Shown here piece after piece: positions 1-10,298 of a stretch of 64,000 nucleotides of DNA. The stretch spans positions 160,001-224,000 of the forward strand of contig CAXNJO010000005.1 of assembly GCA_964202905.1 (NCBI GenBank), read 5' to 3'. The stretch comes from Polyangiales bacterium. Lineage in GTDB: Bacteria > Myxococcota_A > Polyangia > Polyangiales > JADJQN01. How positions within the stretch are numbered: the first letter of the stretch is position 1; the number at the start of each line of letters is the position of its first letter. The translations under genes and the position numbers were made by a program. The notes under the pieces were generated by a model. That model was given only the letters and a program-made list of their open reading frames with translations, was not told where the DNA came from and did not search any database.

Positions 1-3000
1 CTCGCAGCGCTCGTTGCAGCCGTCGCCGGCGACGAGGTTCGCGTCGTCGCACAGCTCACCGACGCCGCGGATCCCGTTGCCGCAATTCGACGCGCAGGCC
101 GCGTCGGGCGTGGGCCGCGCGAAGCCGGGCGCGCACTCGCACGTGAACGGCGCGCCGAGCACGTTCACGCAGATCTCACCGGATTCGCAGCGCCCGGTGC
201 CGTCGGCGCACTCGTCGACGTCGGCGCAAGTCACGCCGCTGCCCTCGTAGCCCGGGTTGCACGCGCAGGCGTACGAGCCCGGCGTGTTGGTGCAGGCGGC
301 GAGCAGCGAGCACTCGTTGAGCGACGTGCTCGCGCACTCGTCGACATCGGTGCACGCGTTGCCCGGGCCCTCGTAGCCCGCGTTGCACGTGCACGTGAAG
401 CCGCCGTCGATGTTGGCGCACGCGGCGTTCGCGTCGCAGTCGTCCGTCCCGAGCGCGCACTCGTCGACGTCCGAGCAGGTGCCGCCGAAGCCGGGCGCCT
501 CGTAGCCCGCCGGACACGAGCAGAAGTACTCGGTCGGCAGGCCCTGCACGCAGGTGCCGACGCCACACGGCAGCGGTCCGCACTCGTTGATGTCGATGCA
601 GCGTCCCTCCTCCGCGAGGAAGCCCGCCGGGCACGTGCACGCGTAGGAGCCCGCGGTGTTCGCGCACGTGCCGGGGTCGCAGGGAGACCCGGCGCACTCG
701 TCGACGTCGGCGCAGGCGCCGCCCGTCGCGGGCGCCGCGTAGCCCTCCAGGCACTCGCAGGCCCAGGTGCCGGGGAGGTTGGTGCAGGCCGCGCGCGCGT
801 CCCCGCACGTCGTCGCCGTCGCGCACTCGTCGATGTCGTCGCACACGCCGCCCGTCGCGGGCGCCGCGTAGCCCTCGTTGCACGCGCACGCGTAGCTGCC
901 CGCCGTGTTCGTGCAGCCCGCGCGCTCCGCGCCGCACGTCGTCGCGGTCGCGCACTCGTCGACATCGGTGCACGAGCCGCCGGAGGCCGGGGCCACGTAG
1001 CCGCCCGGGCAGGTGCAGACGTAGCTGCCGCCGACGTTCGCGCAGGCGCCGAGCCCGCAGGGCGCGCCCGCCGCGCACTCGTCTACGTCGGTGCACGCGC
1101 CACCCGAGGCCGGCGCCGTGTAGCCCGCCGCGCAGCCGCACACGTAACTGCCCGCCGTGTTCGTGCACGTCTCGCGCGCGTCCCCGCACGTCTCACTGAA
1201 TGCGCATTCATCGACGTCCGCGCACGCCCCGCCCGCGGCCGGCGCCGTGAAGCCCGCCGCGCAGCCGCACACGTAGCTGCCCGCCGTGTTCGTGCACGAG
1301 GAGCGGGCACTCCCGCACGTCGCGCTGAGCGCGCATTCATCGACGTCCGCGCACGCCCCGCCCGCGGCCGGCGCCGCGAAGCCCGCTGCGCATGCACAGA
1401 CGTAGCTGCCCGCCGTGTTCGTGCAGCCTGCGCGCTGTGGGCCGCAGGTCGCGGCGTTCGTGCACTCGTTCACGTCGCTGCACGTGCCGCCCGTCGCGGG
1501 TCCGGCGTAGCCGGCGGGACACGTGCAGGCGTACGAGCCCGCGAGGTTCGCGCAGGCGCCGAGGCCGCACGGCACGCCCGTCGTGCACTCGTTGGTGTCG
1601 ACACACGTCGCCGAGAGGCCGCTGCCCGAGGTCCGGTACCCGGCGCCGCACGCGCACGCGTAACCACCCACCGAGTTGGTGCACGTCCCCGCGCCCGCGG
1701 ACGCGCCGCAGGTCGTCGGCGTCACGCACTCGTCCACGTCCGCGCAGGAGGCGCTGAGTCCGCTGCCCGAGGCCGCGAAGCCCGCGCCGCAGCCGCACGT
1801 GTAGCCACCCGACGTGTCCGTGCACGCGTTGACCGCGCCGCCGGTGAGCAGGCGCCCGCAGCGCGAGTCGGTCGCGCACTCGTCGACGTTGACGCACGAC
1901 GCCGTCAGGCCGCTGCCCGACGCCTGGAAGCCCGCGCCGCACGCGCACGCATAGGACCCCGACGCGTCCGTGCAGGCGTTGACGACGCCGCCCGTGAGCA
2001 CGCGTCCGCACTGCGACGCCGTCGCGCACTCGTTCACGTTCACGCACGTCGCGGTCGCGCCAGTGCCCGAGAGCACGAAGCCCGCGCCGCAGCCGCACGT
2101 GTAGCCGCCCGACGTGTCCGTGCACGCGTTGACGGCGCCGCCCGCGAGCGTCCGGCCGCACTGGGACGCGGTCGTGCACTCATCGACGTTCACGCACGTG
2201 GCCGTCGCGCCGCTGCCCGAGAGCACGAAGCCCACGCCGCAGCCGCACGTGAAGCCGCCCGACGTATCCGTGCACGTGTTCACCGTGCCGCCGGTGAGCG
2301 CGCGCCCGCACTGCGACGCCGTCGCGCACTCGTTCACGTTCGCGCACGTCGCCGAGAGCCCGCTGCCCGAGAGCGAGAAGCCCGCCCCGCAGGTGCAGGT
2401 GTAACCGCCCGTCGTGTCGGCGCAGGCGTTCACGCCGCCGCCCGTGAGCGCGCGTCCACACTGCGACGCCGTCGCGCACTCGTTCACGTTCGTGCACGTC
2501 GCCGAGAGGCCGCTGCCCGAGGCGCCGAAGCCCGCCGCGCACGTGCACGTGTACCCGCCCGACGTCTCCGTGCACGCGTTCGACGTCGACACGTCGCGCC
2601 CGCACGTCGCGGCCGTCGCGCACTCCGCGATGTCCACACAACTCGCGCTGAGCCCGCTGCCCGACGCCTGGAATCCCGCGCCGCACGCGCACGTGAAGCC
2701 ACCCGAGGTGTCCGTGCAGGCGTTGACGGTGCCGCCCGTGAGCGCGCGTCCGCACTGCGACGCGGTCGCGCATTCGTTCACGTTCACGCACGTCGCGGAG
2801 AGCCCGCTCCCCGAGAGCACGAAGCCCGCGCCGCACGTGCACGTGTAGCCACCCGTCGCGTCCGCGCAGGCGTTGACGCCGCCGCCCGAGAGCGCGCGAC
2901 CGCACTGCGACGCCGTCGCGCACTCGTCGACGTTCACGCACGTCGCCGACGCGCCGCTGCCCGAGAGCACGTAGCCCGCGCCGCAGCTGCACGTGAAGCC

Positions 3001-6000
3001 GCCCACCGTGTCGGTGCAGGTGTTGGTCGCCGAGAGGTTCTTGCCGCACGCCGTCGTCGCGAGACACTCGTTCACGTCGCCGCACGAGGCGCTGAGCCCG
3101 CTGCCCGTCGGCAGATAGCCGCTGCCGCACGCGCACGCGTAACTGCCGACGGAGTTCGTGCAGCCGTTCGTCGCGGAGAGGTTCTGCCCGCACGTCGTCG
3201 AGGTCGCGCACTCGTTGACGTCACCGCAGTTCAGCGTCGCGCCGCTGCCCGTCGTCGCGTAGCCCGCGCCGCAGCCGCACGTGAACGCACCGACCGTGTT
3301 GGTGCAGGTGTTGAGCGGCGAGAGGTCCTTGCCGCACGCCGACGCAGAGCCGCACTCGTTGACGTCCACGCACGCGGCGGTGAGGCCGCTGCCCGCGGCG
3401 GTGAAGCCGGTCGCGCAGCCGCATGCATACCCACCCGCCGAGTTCGTGCAGGTGTTGCTCGCCGAGAGGTCACGGCCGCAGGTCGAGGCCGTCGCCGTGC
3501 ATTCGTTGATGTCCGCGCACGTCGCGCTCAGGCCGGAGCCAGAGGCCTGATAGCCGCCCGTGCAGCCGCACGCATACCCACCCACCGAGTTCGTGCACGT
3601 GTTGCTCGCCGAGAGGTTCTTGCCACATGCGCTCGCGGACGCGCACTCGTCCACGTCCACGCACGTCGCCGACGCGCCGCTGCCCGAGAGCACGTATCCG
3701 GCGCCGCAGCCGCACGTGAAGCCGCCCACCGTGTCGGTGCAGGTATTGGTGGCCGAGAGGTTCCTGCCGCACGCCGTCGTCGCGAGACACTCGTTCACGT
3801 CACCGCACGACGCGCTGAGCCCGCTGCCCGTGGGCAGATAACCGCTGCCGCACGCGCACACATAACTGCCGACGGAGTTCGTGCAGCCGTTCGTCGCGGA
3901 GAGGTTCTGCCCGCACGTCGACGGTCGTCGCGCACTCGTTGACGTCGCCGCAACTCAACGTCGTGCCGCTGCCCGTCGTCGTGTAACCGGCGCCGCACCC
4001 GCACGTGAACGCGCCCACGGTGTTGGTGCAGGAGTTGAGCGACGAGAGGTCCTTGCCGCACGCCGACGAGGAGCCGCACTCGTTCACGTCCACGCACGCG
4101 GCGGTGAGTCCGCTGCCCGCGCTCTGGAAGCCCGCTGCGCAGCCGCACGCATAGCCACCCACCGAGTTCGTGCAGGTGTTGGTCGCCGAGAGGTCACGGC
4201 CGCAGGTCGAGGCCGTCGCCGAGCATTCGTTGATGTCCGCGCAGGTCGCGCTGAGACCGGAGCCGGAGACTCTGGTACCCCGCCGTGCAACCGCACGCGT
4301 AGCCGCCCACGGAGTTCGTGCAGGTGTTGCTGGCGGAGAGGTTCTTGCCGCACGCCGTCGACGCCACGCACTCGTCGACGTCGACGCACGTCAGCGTGGC
4401 GCCGCTCCCCGACGACGCGTAGCCCCCCGCGCAGCCGCACGTGTAACCGCCGCTGTTGTTCGTGCACGTGTTCGACGCCGAGAGGCTCCGACCGCACGCG
4501 GAGGTCACCGCACACTCATCGACGTCGACGCAGGTCAACGAGGCGCCGCTCCCCGACGACGCGTAGCCCGAGCCGCAACCGCACGAGAAACCGCCCACGG
4601 TGTTCGTGCAGGTGTTGGTCGCGGAGAGGCTCTGCCCGCACGTCGTGGTCGTCGCGCACTCGTTGGTGTCGACGCACGTCGTGCCGTTGAAGTTGTAGCC
4701 GGTCGGACACGAGCAGCTGTACGAGCCGGTCGCGTTCGTGCAGGTGCCGAGTCCGCACACCGAGCCGCTCGAGCACTCGTTCACATCCACGCACGTCGTG
4801 CCGTTCGACGTGTAGCCCGCCGGGCACGAGCAGTTGTAGGAGCCGGCCGAGTTCGTGCAGGCGCCGACGCCGCACACCGAGCCGCTCGAGCACTCGTTGA
4901 CGTCCGTGCAACCCGTCCCGCCCGAGGCGACGGTGCGCCCGTTGCCCGTGTAGCCGGACGGGCACGCACAGGTGTAGCTCGTGGGCGTGTCCGTACAGAC
5001 CGCGACCGAGGGGACACACACGTTCATGCCCGTCGTGCACTCGTTCTCGACGACGCAGGTCGTGCCGTCGAAGCCATATCCGCTGCTGCACGAGCACGAG
5101 TAGCTGCCCGTGGCGTTCGTGCACGTGCCGTAGCCGAGGTTCGCCGCGCAGGTCGTCGACGTGCTGCACTCGTTCACATCACCGCAGCTCGCGCTGAGGC
5201 CGCTTCCCGTGCCTTGATAGCCGCTGCCGCAGGCGCACGTGTAGCCGCCGACCGTGTTCGTGCACGTGCCGTATCCGACGTTGACGTTGCAGGTCGCGAC
5301 GTTGCTGCACTCGTTGACGTCCGCGCAGGTGGCCGAGAGACCGCTGCCCGAGAGGACGAAACCCGAACCGCACGCGCACGTGTATCCGCCCGAGGTGTCG
5401 GTGCAGCCGTTGAGCGCGGAGAGGTTCTTGCCGCACGCAGAGGCCGATGCGCACTCATCCGCGTTGACGCACGTCGCCGAGAGGCCGCTGCCCGAGACCA
5501 CGAAGCCCGCGCCGCACGAGCACGCGTAGCCGCCCGACGTGTCGGTGCAACCGTTGACGCTCCCGCCCGAGAGCGTGCGGCCGCACTGCGCGGTGGTCGC
5601 GCACTCGTTCACGTTCACGCACGTCGCCGACAGCCCGCTGCCCGAGGCGACGTAGCCCGCGCCGCACGAGCACGTGTATCCGCCCGTCGTGTCCGTGCAG
5701 GTGTTGCCCGCGGAGAGGTCCTTGCCGCACGCCGTCGACGACGTGCACTCGTTCACGTTCGCGCACGTCTCGGTCGCGGTGCCGTTCCCGCTCACCGCGT
5801 AGCCGGCGGCGCAGGTGCAGTCGTAGCCGCCCGCGAGGTTCGCGCAGGTGTTGCTCGTCGAGAGGTCCTTGCCGCACGCGGTCGACGACGCGCATTCGTC
5901 GTTGTCCGCGCAGGACTCGCTCAGCGTGCCCGAGCCCGTCTCGGTGAAGCCCGAGCCGCACGCGCAGCCGTAGCCGCCGGAGCTGTTCGTGCAGACGTTG

Positions 6001-9000
6001 GACGCCGAGAGGTTCTTCGCGCAGGCCGTCGCAGGCGCGCACTCGTCGAGGTCCGCGCACGACGCCGAGAGCCCGGTGCCCGTCGCGCCGAAGCCCGCGC
6101 CGCACGTGCACGCGAACCCGCCCGACGTGTTGGTGCAGGCGTTCGCGCCCCCGCCCGCCAGGTCACGCCCGCACTGCGAGGTCGTGCCGCACTCGTTCAC
6201 GTCGACGCATGTCGCGCTGAGCCCGCTGCCCGAGAGCACGAAGCCCGCACCGCACGTGCAGGCGTAGCCGCCCGAGCTGTCCGAACAGCCGTTGACGCTG
6301 CCGCCCGTGAGCGTGCGGCCGCACTGCGAGGCGGTCGCGCACTCGTTCACGTTCACGCACGTCGCGGAGAGCCCGCTGCCCGAGGCGACGTAGCCCGCGC
6401 CGCACGCGCACGTGTATCCGCCCGTCGTGTCCGTACACGTGTTGTCCGCCGAGAGGTCCTTGCCGCACGCCGTCGACGACGTGCACTCGTTCACGTTCAC
6501 GCACGTCTCGGTCGCGGTGCCGTTGCCGCTCACCGTGTAGCCGGCCGCGCACGTGCAGTCGTAGGCGCCCGCCAGGTTCGCGCAGGTGTTGCTCGCGGAG
6601 AGGTTCTTTCCGCACGCGGTCGCCGACGCGCACTCGTCGTCGTCCGCGCACGTCTCGCTGAGCGTCCCCGAGCCCGTCTCCGTGAAGCCCGTGCCGCACG
6701 CGCAGCCGTAGCCCCCCGAGCCGTTCGTGCAGACGTTCGACGCCGAGAGGTTCTTCGCGCACGCCGTCGACGCCGCACACTCATCGACGTCCACGCACGT
6801 CGCGCTCAGCCCCGTGCCGGAGAGCGCGAAGCCCGCGCCGCACGTGCACAGATAGCCCCCGGAGCTATCCGAGCAGACGTTGACGCTCCCGCCCGTCAGC
6901 GTGCGTCCGCACCGCGAGGCCGTCCCGCACTCATCCACGTTCACGCACGTCGCGCTGAGACCGCTCCCGGAGGCCGTGAAGCCCGCGCCGCACGTGCACG
7001 CATAACCTCCGGAGCTGTCCGAGCAGGCGTTGACGCTCCCGCCCGTGAGCGTGCGGCCGCACTGCGAGGCCGTGCCGCACTCATCCACGCTCACGCACGT
7101 CGCGCTCAGCCCGGTTCCCGAAGACGTGAATCCCGCGCCGCACGTGCACGTGTATCCGCCGGTCGTGTCGCTGCAGGTGTTCGTGCCGGAGGCGCCGAGA
7201 TCCTTGCCGCATGCGGTCGCCGACGCGCACTCATCCACGTTCACGCACGTCTCGGTCGCCGTGCCGTTGCCGCTCACGGTGTAGCCCGCGGCGCACGTGC
7301 AGTCGTAGCCGCCGGCGGCGTTCGCGCAGGTGTTGCTCGCCGAGAGGTTCTTGCCGCACGCCGTGGACGCCGCGCACTCGTCCGTATCGACACACGTCTC
7401 GCTGAGCGTGCCCGAGCCCGTCTCGGTGAAGCCCGCCGCGCACGCGCAGCCGAAGCCGCCCGAGCTGTTCGTGCAGGTGTTGGAGGCCGAGAGATTCTTG
7501 CCGCACGCGGTCGCCGCGGCGCACTCGTCGAGGTCCGCGCACGACGCCGTCGCGCCGCTGCCCGTTGCGCCGAAGCCCGCGCCGCACGTGCACGTGAAGG
7601 AGCCCGACGTGTTCGAGCAGGCGTTCACGGTCCCGCCCGTCAGCGTGCGCCCGCACTGCGAGGCCGTCGTGCTGCACTCGTTCAAATCCGCGCACGACGC
7701 GGAGAGACCGCTCCCCGACGCCGCGAAGCCCGTCCCGCAGGTGCACGCGTAGCCGCCCGACGAGTCCGAACACGAGTTGAGCGCCGACAAATCCTTGCCG
7801 CACGCCGTCGACGACGTGCACTCGTTCACGTTCACGCACGTCGCCGTCAGGCCGCTGCCAGACGCCGTGTAGCCCGCGCTGCACGTGCACGAATACCCAC
7901 CTGACGAATCCGAACACGTGTTGAGCGCCGACAAATCCTTGCCGCACGCCGTCGACGACGCGCACTCGTTCACGTTCACGCACGTCGCCGTCAGTCCGCT
8001 CCCGGAGGCCGTGTAGCCCGCGCCGCACGTGCACGAAAACCCACCTGACGAATCCGAACACGTGTTGAGCGCCGACAAGTCCTTGCCGCACGCCGTCGAC
8101 GACGCGCACTCATCCACGTTCACGCACGTCGCGCTCAGCCCGCTTCCCGAAGACGTGAATCCCGCGCCGCACGTGCACGCGTAGCCGCCCGACGAGTCCG
8201 TGCAGGAGTTCACGCTCCCGCCCGTCAGCGTCCGACCGCACTGCGACGTCGTCCCGCACTCATCCACGTTCACGCACGTCGCGCTCAGCCCGCTTCCCGA
8301 AGACGTGAATCCCGCGCCGCACGTGCACGCGTAGCCGCCCGACGAGTCCGTGCAGGAGTTCACGCTCCCGCCCGTCAGCGTCCGACCGCACTGCGACGTC
8401 GTCCCGCACTCATCCACGTTCACGCACGTCGCGCTCAGCCCGCTTCCCGAAGACGTGAATCCCACGCCGCACGTGCACGCGTAGCCGCCCGACGAGTCCG
8501 TGCAGGAGTTCACGCTCCCGCCCGTCAGCGTCCGACCGCACTGCGACGTCGTCCCGCACTCATCCACGTTCACGCACGTCGCGCTCAGCCCGCTTCCCGA
8601 AGACGTGAATCCCGCGCCGCACGTGCACGCGTAGCCGCCCGACGAGTCCGTGCAGGAGTTCACGCTCCCGCCCGTCAGCGTCCGACCGCACTGCGACGTC
8701 GTCCCGCACTCATCCACGTTCACGCACGTCGCGCTCAGCCCGCTTCCCGAAGACGTGAATCCCGCGCCGCACGTGCACGCGTAGCCGCCCGACGAGTCCG
8801 TGCAGGAGTTCACGCTCCCGCCCGTCAGCGTCCGACCGCACTGCGACGTCGTCCCGCACTCATCCACGTTCACGCACGTCGCGCTCAGCCCGCTTCCCGA
8901 AGACGTGAATCCCGCGCCGCACGTGCACGCGTAGCCGCCCGACGAGTCCGTGCAGGAGTTCACGCTCCCGCCCGTCAGCGTCCGACCGCACTGCGACGTC

Positions 9001-10214
9001 GTCCCGCACTCATCCACGTTCACGCACGTCGCGCTCAGCCCGCTTCCCGAAGACGTGAATCCCGCGCCGCACGTGCACGCGTAGCCGCCCGTGCTGTTCG
9101 CGCAGGTGTTCGTGCCCGAGCTCCCGAGATTCTGACCACACGTCGAGGTGGTGCTGCACTCGTTGGTGTCCGCGCACGACTCGCTCAGCGTGCCGTTGTT
9201 CCTCACCGAAAAGCCGGCGCCGCACGTGCAGTCGTACGCCCCGCTCGAGTTCGTACAGCTGTTGACGCTGCCGCCCGTCAACGTGCGACCGCAGGTCGAG
9301 GAGGTCGAGCACTCGTTGTCGTCCGCGCACGACTCGCTCAGCGTGCCGCTGCCCGTCACCGAGAAGCCGGCGCCGCACGTGCAGTTATAGCTACCCGCGG
9401 AGTTCGTACAGGAGTTGGCGCTGCCGCCGGTCAACGAGCGACCGCAGGTCGAGGCGGTCGAACACTCGTTGATGTCCGTGCAACCGGTCGCGCCGCTGTC
9501 GGAGATGCCGTCGGAAAGGTGGTCGACGCGACCGTTGCCGGTGTAGCCCGCGTCGCACGAGCAATCGAAACCGAAATACCAGGAGCCCGTCGGCTCCCCG
9601 GACAGCGAGCTCTCAGCGTCGTCCTCCGCACAGTCCACGTAGCTCCCCGACGCGCAGTTCGTGAAGGCGAACGACGAGGAGGAGAGAACGGAGTCGAGGT
9701 AGCACTCGTTCGTGTCGTAGCTGGTGCTGCTGCCCGGGCGCGTGGAATAGGCCGTGTACGGGTCCGCGGTGCCCGGCGTCCACGACGAGCTCGTGTAGAC
9801 GAGCTCGTGCCAGTTGGGTTTGCCGTCGCTGTCGGAGTCCTCCGTGCGGAGCGCAGCGTCCCAGGAGAACGCGGTGTGGGTGCCCACCCCCGAGCGCGTC
9901 CAGGCGGTGCCGAAATCACTCCCGAAGATGTTCCAACACTTGCCGTACGAGTTCGTGACGGTGTCGTTGGCCGTGGTGCACGCCGTGGTGCCGGGGTCAG
10001 TGGCACAACAGTTCTCGCCCGCGCTGCAAGGCGGAGAGGGGCAGTTGCTGCCGCCGTAAGCGTTGTTGTGACAGGTCAGGCAACCATGCGTCGCGCCGTT
10101 CGGGACGTCGTCGAGGTAGAACGACCAGGCGGCCGCCCGCGACGCGAAGGCGCCCATCGCGAGCAGCGCGAGCGAACACCACAGCGAGAGTGTGTTGAGC
10201 CGAACCGACGACAT
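1..10214 (-). CDS. Giant secreted calcium-binding EGF-repeat surface protein with N-terminal CxxCH temptin-like domain (3' end outside window; two apparent +1 frameshifts at ~4270 and ~3920)
   Basis: Signal peptide, then CLTCH, then roughly 65 repeats of D-x-[DN]-E-C...C-x-[DN]-x4-[YF]-x-C-x-C-x2-G-[YF]. The 2008-aa ORF (4194..10220) leaves frame at YQ/SLRLR, resumes in ORF 3800..4162, then continues in a third frame that is still coding at base 1 (SNCGNGIRGVGELCDDANLVAGDGCNERCE, a Myxococcus Cys-rich repeat). GGGGGAG RBS lies 5 nt before ATG 10214. Confidence 0.88.
2941..4390. repeat. Higher-order ~723-bp duplication (five EGF units) within the giant gene
   Basis: The block starting cgtcgccgacgcgccgctgcccgagagcac at 2941 recurs at 3664 with colinear, diverged downstream sequence. 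Confidence 0.75.
8105..9091. repeat. Near-perfect 150-bp tandem repeat, ~6.6 copies (50-aa EGF unit)
   Basis: catccacgttcacgcacgtc recurs at 8111, 8261, 8411, 8561, 8711, 8861 and 9011. The only difference seen is at 8464 (Ala->Val). Confidence 0.95.
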
Positions 10215-10298
10215 GGTCACTCCCCCAGACGACGACGAGACGAACCCGGAACCTGCGAACTGAGACCCACGCCCCGCGCCGCGGAACGCGCGAGTCGC

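Noticed and set aside
3915..4275. Programmed frameshifting or phase variation in the EGF gene
   Set aside because: No slippery heptamer or long homopolymer at either site, and similar indels occur in unrelated genes.
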